Assembly: GCA_947455415.1 (NCBI GenBank)
Contig: CANGNX010000001.1
Coordinates: forward strand, 1 to 45,703
Source: Opitutia bacterium
GTDB taxonomy: Bacteria; Verrucomicrobiota; Verrucomicrobiia; Opitutales; UBA953
Direction: 5' to 3'
DNA length: 45,703 nt
How positions within the stretch are numbered: position 1 is the stretch's first letter; every line of letters begins with the position of its first letter. The notes under the pieces were generated by a model, which worked only from the letters and a program-made list of their open reading frames with translations, made no database searches and was not told the origin of the DNA. Below, piece after piece: positions 32,676-41,465 of this stretch. The position numbers were made by a program, and so were the translations under genes.

Positions 32676-34969
32676 TGCGAATCGATATCAAAGCCAAACG
32701 CATCGAAGTCAGCGCCCAAGAATTTGCCACCTTCCGCCCGGGACCAGGCGCTGGTGCCAGCAGTTCACCCTGGCGAGCCGAAGCGGGTCGACAGTGGCAC
32801 GAAACTATGCGCCTGCAGGCGACCGCTGAAAACGCGGCGTGGGTTTTTGAACAACCGAGCCAATGCGAAATTTCCGCCCTCGGCTGGAAGCTAATCGTCA
32901 CGGGTCGCACCGATCAGCAATGCCTCACCGATGGCCGATTACACATTCGGGAAATTAAAACCGTCATTACGACCCTGCCCCGTCGTCCCGAATTCCTGCA
33001 ACAACGCTACGCCCACCACTTTTTGCAACTCGGCACCTACTGCCATGCCGCGCGCTTCCTGCCTGATATTAATGAAGTCATCGGTGAACTCGTTTTTGTC
33101 GACCCCACCGATGGTACCAAGCAAACCGTGCCGTTACCCGCGAGTGCCGAAAGCGATTTACTCAAGCAAGCTGAAGTCATCGCTGCTCATGCCGAAAACC
33201 GCCGAGCAAGTCACGCTCGCCTTCTCAATCTTCCACACCGAATCCCCTTCAAGGACCCTCGCCCCGAATGGCTGCAGTCATGCGCCGACCTTGAACAGGC
33301 TACCCTCGAATCGCGCCAACGCCTCATGGTCGCACCGACTGGCTTTGGTAAAACTTCTGCCGCCCTTCATCACGGGCTTTCCTTATTACGCAGTGGCAGC
33401 GTGGGTCGACTGCTCTACGTGACCGGTAAAGGCACCGGTCAATTACAAGTCTTGTCCGAACTGCGACGCCTCGCACCGTCGACTGAATTGCGTGCCCTCG
33501 TTCTTCGTCCACGTGCCGAACACGAGGTCGATGGCATGCCCGATGATATCGAAGAGATTCGCAAAAACTGGGCTCGCGCGGGCATCGACCCCCAAGCCCT
33601 CCTCGCCGATGGCGCCGAGCTCCGACGCATTCGGGAAATCGGACGAATCGCTGGCGTACCTCCATGGGATATCACCAAGGCGATGCTGGCACACGCCGAA
33701 GTCATCATTTGCGATTACAATTATGTTTTCTCCCCACGTAATCGCGCGGCTCTCGAAACTATCCCAGGTTGGAATGATGGCGATACGATGCTGATTGTGG
33801 ATGAAGCCCATAACCTCCCTGAACGTGCTGCCGAATGCCTCTCGCTTCGCGATGATGCCAACGCAGCTGCCGTCTTCGCGCATACGCTCCTGCAATGCAA
33901 AGCCCCCGAGGCTTGGTGTCAGACGACTCAAGCCTGGGCTGATTTCTTACAACGCGTCCCGAAAGCCGATGCACTCTCACCCGATGATCGGATGGAAGCG
34001 ATGGCCCTCGCCGAGAAACTCGCACGGCTTGGCGAAACCTTTCCATTAGATACCGACAACTTACCAGAGCCCGCACGCAATGCCGTCTGGAGTGCAACGC
34101 TGTGGTTAAAGCGACTGGAAGAAGCCGATCTCGGCTGGCTCCTCTGGTCTCCCAAGGCGGGTCAAATCAGCCTCGATTGTCTCACCGCAGCCAAAGCGAC
34201 CGGTGAACGGCTGACCGCATTTTCCCATTTTGTGTTAATGACGGCCACCCCAGGCCCCAAAGGTTCACTCGCAAACGAATGCGGACTGGATCCAGACTTA
34301 TTACATCGCACCGACGCGCTGGCACCTTGGCGCCATGGTGCTTACACCGTGGCGATTGATGGACGGGTCGACACCCGACTGAAAACTCGCGAGAGCCATA
34401 GCAACCGCACGGCAATTGCCCTCATCAAACTTTCTAACGAAGGAGCCGTCGCCGCCTTTTTTCCTTCTTATAAATACGCCGAGACCATCGTAACCGAAAT
34501 TCGTCGCCTTCATCCCGAAGCTACTATCGCCCTTCAACCTCGCGGACTCGGCCCCGATGGCACCGCTCGCTTTGTCGAAGACGCCCTGAAGCCTTCGGTC
34601 ATTCTTTGTCTCATCCTCGGCGGTTCACTCGGTGAGGGTGTCGATATGCTCGGTGGAAAAATTCGTTCCGCTGTCGTCGTCGGACCCGCCCTCCCCGAGG
34701 TCAATGCCCTCCAAGAAGCACGCCGAAAAATGTTCGTCGAAGATGGTGCCGAAGACCCCTTCGCCCTAGCCTACATCCGCCCAGGGATGCGCAAAGTGAA
34801 TCAAGCCCTCGGACGCTTAGTCCGTGCCCCCGGCCACACCGCTCGCGTGCTCCTGCATTGCCGTCGATTTGCAGACGAGAGTTATAAAAACCTTCTGTCT
34901 AATGAATACGGCGAACCCGAAATCGTGATCGACGACGAAGGGTTCAATCAGTGGATTACGAAGAGCTGA
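32675..34969 (+). CDS. PD-(D/E)xK nuclease domain fused to XPD/DinG-type SF2 DNA helicase (no Fe-S cysteines)
   Basis: Nuclease motifs are GRTD (D80, nt 32912-32914), IREIKT (E93/K95, nt 32951-32959) and QLGTY. Helicase motifs are Walker A APTGFGKTS (nt 33341-33358), DEAH (nt 33800-33811), and the C-terminal FFPSYKY, GGSLGEGVD and VNQALGRLVRAPGH, as in DinG/XPD Helicase_C_2 regions. Confidence 0.8.
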   Translation: MRIDIKAKRIEVSAQEFATFRPGPGAGASSSPWRAEAGRQWHETMRLQATAENAAWVFEQPSQCEISALGWKLIVTGRTDQQCLTDGRLHIREIKTVITTLPRRPEFLQQRYAHHFLQLGTYCHAARFLPDINEVIGELVFVDPTDGTKQTVPLPASAESDLLKQAEVIAAHAENRRASHARLLNLPHRIPFKDPRPEWLQSCADLEQATLESRQRLMVAPTGFGKTSAALHHGLSLLRSGSVGRLLYVTGKGTGQLQVLSELRRLAPSTELRALVLRPRAEHEVDGMPDDIEEIRKNWARAGIDPQALLADGAELRRIREIGRIAGVPPWDITKAMLAHAEVIICDYNYVFSPRNRAALETIPGWNDGDTMLIVDEAHNLPERAAECLSLRDDANAAAVFAHTLLQCKAPEAWCQTTQAWADFLQRVPKADALSPDDRMEAMALAEKLARLGETFPLDTDNLPEPARNAVWSATLWLKRLEEADLGWLLWSPKAGQISLDCLTAAKATGERLTAFSHFVLMTATPGPKGSLANECGLDPDLLHRTDALAPWRHGAYTVAIDGRVDTRLKTRESHSNRTAIALIKLSNEGAVAAFFPSYKYAETIVTEIRRLHPEATIALQPRGLGPDGTARFVEDALKPSVILCLILGGSLGEGVDMLGGKIRSAVVVGPALPEVNALQEARRKMFVEDGAEDPFALAYIRPGMRKVNQALGRLVRAPGHTARVLLHCRRFADESYKNLLSNEYGEPEIVIDDEGFNQWITKS

Positions 34970-34985
34970 TTAGCCCTCGGTAAAA

Positions 34986-35636
34986 TTAGATAGTGCCAAA
35001 GACTCGGTCCTTCGCGAAGCGGACCTTCTTCATCGACGCATATTTGTCATCGGCCGAACGGTAACCGACGGCACAGGCAACAATGGTTTCATAACCGGAA
35101 CCGTTGAGGCCTAAAATTTCATTATACTGCGCCGCATCAATGCCTTCGAGGGCACAAGTATCTACACCAATCACCGCCGCAGCCGCCATCAACTGCCCAA
35201 GCGCAATGTAAACCTGACGGGCGGCCCACTCGCGCTGACCGTTAAGATCCTTACCCTTCACCACGCCGCCTAACATCATCTGACGGTAAGGCTCAAGCAC
35301 GGTCGCATCCGCCTTACGGTCTGCCACCATCTGATTAAAGAACTCGTTAATATCTGCCTCCGTCATTTCCGTACGACGGGTGAACACGATCAGGTGCGAG
35401 GCATCGGTGACCTGTGATTGATTCCAAGAAACTGGACGCAACTTTGCGCGCACTGCGGGATCGCTCACCACAAAAAATTTCCATGGCTGTAAACCATAAG
35501 ACGAGGGAGCCAGCTGCAAGCTCTTCTCCAACGCTGACCAGACATCAGCCGGCAACTTTTTGGTATCAAAAAGCTTGGTGGCGTAACGCCATTCGAGGGC
35601 TTGGACTAATTGGGCAGGGTTGGTAGCGGGCGACAT
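34986..35636 (-). CDS. Nitroreductase-family NAD(P)H-dependent FMN oxidoreductase
   Basis: WRYATKLFD, LAPSSYGLQPWKFFVV and the C-terminal region fit oxygen-insensitive nitroreductase-like proteins. The start was moved from TTG 35672 to ATG 35636. Confidence 0.8.
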   Translation of the reverse strand: MSPATNPAQLVQALEWRYATKLFDTKKLPADVWSALEKSLQLAPSSYGLQPWKFFVVSDPAVRAKLRPVSWNQSQVTDASHLIVFTRRTEMTEADINEFFNQMVADRKADATVLEPYRQMMLGGVVKGKDLNGQREWAARQVYIALGQLMAAAAVIGVDTCALEGIDAAQYNEILGLNGSGYETIVACAVGYRSADDKYASMKKVRFAKDRVFGTI

Positions 35637-35673
35637 AGTCCACCATCCAAGACACTTCAGCCAAACTGTCAAA

Positions 35674-36339
35674 TCACGCTGACGAAAGCACGCCGCCCGC
35701 CAAAACTAGCCGACGACTGGCCTTCTCGGCAAACTCGCGACTGTGGGTCACCAAGACCAATGCGGTCTGACGTTGGGCGACGACTTCTAAGAGCAGTTTC
35801 ATAACTTCCTTGCCCGTGGTTTCATCCAAATTTCCCGTTGGTTCATCCGCCAAAATCACCGCTGGCTCATTAATCAAGGCACGGGCAATTGCGACCCGCT
35901 GACATTCCCCGCCCGAGAGCTGCGACGGCAAATGCCGCAAGCGATCGCCCAAACCCACGAGCTGTAATAACTCGCGCGCTTTGCCTTCAACCTGCGAGCG
36001 TCCAATAATTTTGGCCGCCAACACCACATTCTCCAAGGCGGTTAATTCAGGCATGAGTTGATAATTCTGAAAAACAAAGCCGACACCGTGACCCAATAGC
36101 TTTCGGGGTGTGACTAAACCTTGCTCCACCTGATTAATAAAAACTTCTCCGCCTTCTGGCGTCTCCAATCCACCCAACAACTGCAAGAGCGTGGTTTTTC
36201 CCGAGCCCGAGGAGCCGCGAATCGAAATCGATTCACCGGCGTGAACCACTAAATCAACGGCCCGAAGTACGGCCAACGGCCCATTCGGCGAAGCAAAGGA
36301 CTTCTTTAATCCCGTGGCCTGCAAAACCACCTTAGGCAT
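35674..36339 (-). CDS. lolD: Lipoprotein-releasing ABC transporter ATP-binding protein LolD
   Basis: It has Walker A GSSGSGKTTLL, the signature LSGGECQRVAIARAL and Walker B ILADEPTGNLD. It overlaps the upstream FtsX-type permease gene by 8 nt. Confidence 0.85.
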   Translation of the reverse strand: MPKVVLQATGLKKSFASPNGPLAVLRAVDLVVHAGESISIRGSSGSGKTTLLQLLGGLETPEGGEVFINQVEQGLVTPRKLLGHGVGFVFQNYQLMPELTALENVVLAAKIIGRSQVEGKARELLQLVGLGDRLRHLPSQLSGGECQRVAIARALINEPAVILADEPTGNLDETTGKEVMKLLLEVVAQRQTALVLVTHSREFAEKASRRLVLAGGVLSSA

Positions 36340-37552
36340 CGCGCATGGCCTCCGAGGGTTTACGTCCTGCCGCCCACAGGGCTGGTACCAGCCCAGCCAC
36401 GGTCGTGACGATTAAAGTGAATGCCGCCGCCACAACGAAGTCCATCGCATCATAGTGCAACGGCACTTTCGAGAACTGATAAACATTTGCGACCATATCG
36501 CCGTTACCAAAGAGGCTGTTAATTAAATCCAGGATACCTTCGCGGAAATATAAAATCCCCCAGGTTAAAAGAAAACCCAAGGCCGTGCCCAAAGCCCCGA
36601 TTAATAAGCCCTGCACGCCAAACAATCCCACCAGATGCCAACGCTGCGCACCGAGTGCCACCAGCACCCCGACTTCACGCGTGCGACGAATCACCGCCGA
36701 GAACAACGTGCTCCCAATCGAAAACGAAGCGACGAGCGTGATAATAAACATTAAGAAGAAGAGCATAGTTTTCTCAAACCGAATGGCCTCGAGAAAATTT
36801 TTCTTAATTTCCTGCCAGGGAATAAAATTGAGTCCCGCCTTGCCAACATTCAGTCGCGCCGCCGTGGCCACCGCATTGGCCGGATCTTTCAAACGCAAGG
36901 TCACTCCGTGAGCCCGTTCACCCAGCGACCAGAGTTCGCGGAAACGTCGGAGCGGAATAATCGCCGCACGGTCATCGACCTCGGTGAATCCAGTCCGCAC
37001 AATCGCACAAACTTCCAATGATGCAGGCAAGGGTGCCTTACCCTTCTCGGCCTGCTCCGCCATCACAGGCGACCAAACTTCAATTTTATCGCCGACGGCC
37101 ACCCGCAACGTGCGAGCCAAGCCAATGCCGAGAATCACCCGTCCGTCATCCAGCCCATCAAAGCTACCAGCCACCACGTATTGACGGACAGGCTGATCCG
37201 TTGCCAACGGGTCCGTACCACGCACAAACGCGACCCCTGAAAAGGCACCCCGACGGGCCAAGGCTGGACCTTCCGTGTAGGCCGAAGCCGAAATCACTTC
37301 GGGATCCGCTTTCAACCGAGCTATTAAAACATCCGGACCTTCAATCGGGCTCTTCGCAATCACGACACAGTCACCGAACGACTCACGAATCCGCAAACGA
37401 TGCTCTTCACCGAAACCGTTCATCACGGTTTGCACGACTAATAACGCGGCGACGCCCAGACCAACGCCTAAAATCGAAACCATCGCAAACGCCGGAAAGC
37501 GCTTACCGGGGGGAAAGAGCTGACGCAGGGCGAGATGGAGAAACCAAGGCAA
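36332..37552 (-). CDS. LolC/LolE-family lipoprotein-releasing system permease (MacB/FtsX type)
   Basis: The 406-aa protein has an N-terminal TM helix, a periplasmic domain of about 200 aa and a C-terminal FtsX-like three-TM bundle. It sits between lysS and lolD. Only one permease gene is present. Confidence 0.85.
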   Translation of the reverse strand: MPWFLHLALRQLFPPGKRFPAFAMVSILGVGLGVAALLVVQTVMNGFGEEHRLRIRESFGDCVVIAKSPIEGPDVLIARLKADPEVISASAYTEGPALARRGAFSGVAFVRGTDPLATDQPVRQYVVAGSFDGLDDGRVILGIGLARTLRVAVGDKIEVWSPVMAEQAEKGKAPLPASLEVCAIVRTGFTEVDDRAAIIPLRRFRELWSLGERAHGVTLRLKDPANAVATAARLNVGKAGLNFIPWQEIKKNFLEAIRFEKTMLFFLMFIITLVASFSIGSTLFSAVIRRTREVGVLVALGAQRWHLVGLFGVQGLLIGALGTALGFLLTWGILYFREGILDLINSLFGNGDMVANVYQFSKVPLHYDAMDFVVAAAFTLIVTTVAGLVPALWAAGRKPSEAMRDA

Positions 37553-37556
37553 GGGA

Positions 37557-39041
37557 TTAAGATTGTTTCTCAGGTCCCAGGGTCGGGAATAAAATCACGT
37601 CACGAATATTGGCCGCACCCGTTAATAAAATCACCAAGCGATCAATGCCAATGCCGAGTCCACCCGCTGGGGGCATACCGTGCTCCATCGCTAATAAAAA
37701 GTCTTCGTCAATTTTCTGCGTCTCGGCCCCTGCCTGGATTTCCAACATCTTACGCTGCACACCAGGGTCATTCTGCTCCGAATATGCGGGCGCAATTTCT
37801 TGGCCGTTGATGCAAAGTTCAAAGACATCGATGGTGGAATCATCACCAACCGTAACCTTCGCCAAGGGACAAAGTTCCTTGGGAATGTGCGTCACAAAGG
37901 TTGGCTGAATTAAAGTAGGCTCAATCAGTTTACCAAAAATCTCATTGGTAACTTCATAGTCCTCCCAATCCGCACGCGGCTCGTGCAACTCCAACTTCTT
38001 ACACGCCGCAATTTTCTCTTCTTTTGTACGTGAGAACCATTGCGCATCTCCCGTGCGTTCGATAATTAAATCTTTATATTTCACCTCGCGCCATTCGCCA
38101 CCGAGTTCAATGGCAACGCCATCCGGACGGGTCACCGTCGTTGTTCCTAAAACTTCGCGGCAAGCGGTCTGAATTAAAGAGCGAACCAACTCCATCATGC
38201 CACGGTAATCCGAATAGGCTTGGTAGGCCTCGAGCATCGTGAACTCAGGGCTGTGCTTCACCGAGACGCCTTCATTGCGGAAAACGCGGCCGATTTCAAA
38301 GACGCGATCCATGCCGCCGACGAGGCAACGCTTAAGGTGTAACTCTAACGCAATCCGGAGGTAGAAATCGCAATCCAACGCATTGGAATGGGTCTCAAAT
38401 GGACGGGCGGCAGCGCCACCGGCAATGGCATGCAGGGCGGGCGTTTCGACTTCGGTGAACTGACGACTCCATAAAAACTTCCGAATCGATTCCACCACTC
38501 GACTGCGAATGAAGAGGCGCTTACGCGATTCCTCGTTCACCACTAAATCAAGGTAACGCTGACGGTAAATTTTTTCGGCATCAGTCAAGCCCGCCCACTT
38601 TTCGGGCAAGGGACGTAATGCTTTAGCCAATAACTTATAATCCGCCGCACGTACCGTGACTTCGCCGGTCTTAGTGCGGAAAAGCTTACCGCGTACGCCG
38701 ACGAAATCCCCGAGGTCGATTAACTTCTTGAAGTGTGCGTCGTAACGCTCTGTTAACGCATCACGTGTAAAGTAACATTGCTGAACCCCGCCCCGATCCA
38801 AAACTTTCACAAAGCTCGCCTTGCCCATGACACGAATCGCTACCACCCGACCCGCAATCGAAACTTCGGGGCCTTCTTCTACGCCTTCGGGTAGGAGCGA
38901 AACGCAATCCGAGGAAACATGCGTCTGTGGCCACTCCGCGCGGAAGGGGTCTTCGCCCGCTGCACGCAACTGGGCAAGCTTCTCCTGACGGACCGCAAAG
39001 AGGTCATGGGAAATGGCATTTAGGTCGGGCTTATCGCTCAT
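37557..39041 (-). CDS. lysS: Lysine--tRNA ligase, class II
   Basis: It has an OB anticodon-binding N-domain, FTEVETP, class II motif 2 VFEIGRVFRNEG and motif 3 GGLGIGIDRLVILLTG. Confidence 0.95.
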   Translation of the reverse strand: MSDKPDLNAISHDLFAVRQEKLAQLRAAGEDPFRAEWPQTHVSSDCVSLLPEGVEEGPEVSIAGRVVAIRVMGKASFVKVLDRGGVQQCYFTRDALTERYDAHFKKLIDLGDFVGVRGKLFRTKTGEVTVRAADYKLLAKALRPLPEKWAGLTDAEKIYRQRYLDLVVNEESRKRLFIRSRVVESIRKFLWSRQFTEVETPALHAIAGGAAARPFETHSNALDCDFYLRIALELHLKRCLVGGMDRVFEIGRVFRNEGVSVKHSPEFTMLEAYQAYSDYRGMMELVRSLIQTACREVLGTTTVTRPDGVAIELGGEWREVKYKDLIIERTGDAQWFSRTKEEKIAACKKLELHEPRADWEDYEVTNEIFGKLIEPTLIQPTFVTHIPKELCPLAKVTVGDDSTIDVFELCINGQEIAPAYSEQNDPGVQRKMLEIQAGAETQKIDEDFLLAMEHGMPPAGGLGIGIDRLVILLTGAANIRDVILFPTLGPEKQS

Positions 39042-39158
39042 AATGACTCCCTTAAGGGGTGCCTCGAGGGGGGCAATCTGGCAAGGGCGAAAGGTCGGTT
39101 ACCACCATCGGGGCTTTCCTTATTGCAGAAGCAGGTATTCCAGAAATAACGAAACCCC

Positions 39159-40004
39159 ATGAAGGCGTATCTCGACCTCCTCCGCCACGTCCGACAGACG
39201 GGAGAAATTCGTCAAGACCGTACCGGCACCGGCACCATTGGAATTTTTGGGGCACAACTTCGCTTCGACCTCGCGGAGGGCTTTCCTCTCGTCACCACCA
39301 AAAAGGTCCACACCCGCTCCATCATTCAAGAGCTGATTTGGTTTTTAGCCGGACGCACCGACAACGATTGGCTCAACGAACACGGGGTCACGATTTGGGA
39401 TGAATGGGCCACCGCCGAACAGTGTGCAAAATTCGGTCGCTCCAAAGGCGATCTCGGACCCGTCTACGGACACCAATGGCGTCGCTTCGGCGCGACCCGT
39501 AAAGCCGATGGCACTTATAACAACGACGGCATTGATCAAATTAAGCGCCTCATCGACCAATTAAAAAATAATCCGTCCAGTCGCCGCCACCTCGTCACGG
39601 GCTGGAACCCGCAAGAGGCGGATCAAGTCGCCCTACCGCCCTGCCACACACTCTTTCAATTCCACGTTTCGACCGATGGTCGCTTGAGTTGCCAACTTTA
39701 TCAACGCAGCGCCGACCTCTTCCTGGGCGTGCCTTTCAACATCGCCAGCTACTCCTTGCTCACACACATGCTTGCGCAGGTGACCGGACTCAAACCCGGA
39801 CATTTCGTGCACACGTTTGGTGACGCCCACATTTACTCCAACCACGTCGAACAGGTTGATTTACAGTGCTCCCGTGAGCCTCGTCCCTTGCCTCGTTTGA
39901 TTTTAAATCCCGATATAAAAGACCTCTTCGACTTCAAATTCGAGGACATCACCATCGAAGGGTACGACCCCCACCCGGGCATTAAAGCGCCCGTCGCCAT
40001 TTAA
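39159..40004 (+). CDS. thyA: Thymidylate synthase (ThyA type)
   Basis: [29 protein letters not shown], the catalytic-Cys context [10 protein letters not shown] and [15 protein letters not shown] are present. Confidence 0.96.
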   Translation: MKAYLDLLRHVRQTGEIRQDRTGTGTIGIFGAQLRFDLAEGFPLVTTKKVHTRSIIQELIWFLAGRTDNDWLNEHGVTIWDEWATAEQCAKFGRSKGDLGPVYGHQWRRFGATRKADGTYNNDGIDQIKRLIDQLKNNPSSRRHLVTGWNPQEADQVALPPCHTLFQFHVSTDGRLSCQLYQRSADLFLGVPFNIASYSLLTHMLAQVTGLKPGHFVHTFGDAHIYSNHVEQVDLQCSREPRPLPRLILNPDIKDLFDFKFEDITIEGYDPHPGIKAPVAI

Positions 40005-40008
40005 GTTC

Positions 40009-40488
40009 GTGAAGTTCAGTCGCCCCCTCATCGCCATCGCCGCCGTCGCCCGCAATCGCGGCATTGGCATCGAAAACAAACTCCCCTGGCGCATCGCCGA
40101 GGATTTTGCATTTTTCAAAAACACAACCATGGGCCAGGTGCTGGTCATGGGACGAAAAACTTACGAATCCATCGGGCGACCTCTCCCCGGTCGCACGACG
40201 ATTGTGCTCAGTCGCACAGGTTTTAGTGCCCCAGGAGTTCTTACGGCAAAAAATTGGGACGAAGTCGCCCAACTCGCACCCGATAAAACCCTTTTTCTCG
40301 CCGGCGGTGCCGCCCTTTACGAAGAAGCACTACCGTGGTGCACTGAGCTTTTACTCACTCACGTTCATTTAGAGCCCAAGGCCGATGCCTTCTTTCCCGA
40401 TTGGACAGCACATTTTGACGACGGCCAAGTTTTAGAAACGCACGCCCAGTGCGAAATGCGTCGGCACTTGCCGAAACTTGCTCACTGA
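40009..40488 (+). CDS. folA: Dihydrofolate reductase
   Basis: It starts 4 nt after thyA. IAAVARNRGIGIENKLPWR, VMGRKTYESIG and the 159-aa length fit. Confidence 0.9.
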   Translation: MKFSRPLIAIAAVARNRGIGIENKLPWRIAEDFAFFKNTTMGQVLVMGRKTYESIGRPLPGRTTIVLSRTGFSAPGVLTAKNWDEVAQLAPDKTLFLAGGAALYEEALPWCTELLLTHVHLEPKADAFFPDWTAHFDDGQVLETHAQCEMRRHLPKLAH

Positions 40489-40611
40489 GTGAGCGAGCCC
40501 TGCGGGCCGCCCAAAAGTTGTTCACATCGGCAACCGATAAAATCGGGAAAATCGGGCTGATTTTTTCGTTTTCTCCTTTCCAAGGAGCCCCCCTCTCCTA
40601 CCGTCCAAAAC

Positions 40612-41145
40612 ATGCCTGACGGTCTGTTTATCTTCTTCGCTGCCCTGACTCTCGGGGCCGCCGCTCTCCTAGTCATGAGCCGCAACGCCGTGACCTCCGC
40701 CATGGGGATGATTTTAGCCCTCGTCGGTGTCGCGGTCGACTTCTTCTTACTCGACGCTTACTTCCTCGGCGTGCTGCAAGTGCTCGTCTACGCCGGCGCC
40801 GTGATGGTGCTTTTTTTATTCGTCATCATGCTCCTGTCCGACACCGCTGAAAGCCCTTCGGCGTATCCATGGAAAAAAGCGGCGGGCGGACTCGCCCTCT
40901 TCTTCTTGTTAGCCGCTGGTGTGCTTTGGCTCTTCTACTGGTCTGGCGCCGTCCCCCAAACTTTAGCCGGCAACACCCCACCCGAACTTTCCATCGATCC
41001 CGCAACCTTCACGACGTCGGCCAAATCTTTCGGCCGACTTCTATACACTAAATATTTACTGCCGCTCGAAATCTCCGGCTTCCTCTTACTCGTCGCGCTC
41101 GTTGGCGTCGTCTCACTGAGCAAAGACCCCACCACCAAAGCCTAA
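40612..41145 (+). CDS. nuoJ: NADH-quinone oxidoreductase subunit J
   Basis: This is a 177-aa polytopic membrane protein ([41 protein letters not shown]), in the position immediately before nuoK. Confidence 0.85.
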   Translation: MPDGLFIFFAALTLGAAALLVMSRNAVTSAMGMILALVGVAVDFFLLDAYFLGVLQVLVYAGAVMVLFLFVIMLLSDTAESPSAYPWKKAAGGLALFFLLAAGVLWLFYWSGAVPQTLAGNTPPELSIDPATFTTSAKSFGRLLYTKYLLPLEISGFLLLVALVGVVSLSKDPTTKA

Positions 41146-41149
41146 AGTC

Positions 41150-41458
41150 ATGGAACACACTACCCTTGCTCATCACCTCACCTTAGCCGGCCTGCTGTTC
41201 GTCGCCGGACTCTCGGGCGTTTTACTCCGTCGCAACCTGCTCGTGGTTTACATGTGCCTCGAGCTCATGCTCACCGCTTCCACCTTAGCCCTCGTCGCTT
41301 TCTCCCGCTTCAATCAAACGATGGACGGCGCCATCCTCGTCTTCTTCGTGATTACGGTCGCTGCCGCCGAAGTCGCCGTTGGCCTCGCCCTCATCGTCGC
41401 CCTCTTCCGTCGCCGCGGCACCGTTCAATCCAACGAACTCAACACGCTCTGCGATTAA
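41150..41458 (+). CDS. nuoK: NADH-quinone oxidoreductase subunit K
   Basis: 102 aa with three TM helices. [12 protein letters not shown] and [13 protein letters not shown] are characteristic. Confidence 0.9.
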   Translation: MEHTTLAHHLTLAGLLFVAGLSGVLLRRNLLVVYMCLELMLTASTLALVAFSRFNQTMDGAILVFFVITVAAAEVAVGLALIVALFRRRGTVQSNELNTLCD

Positions 41459-41465
41459 TTCTGCA

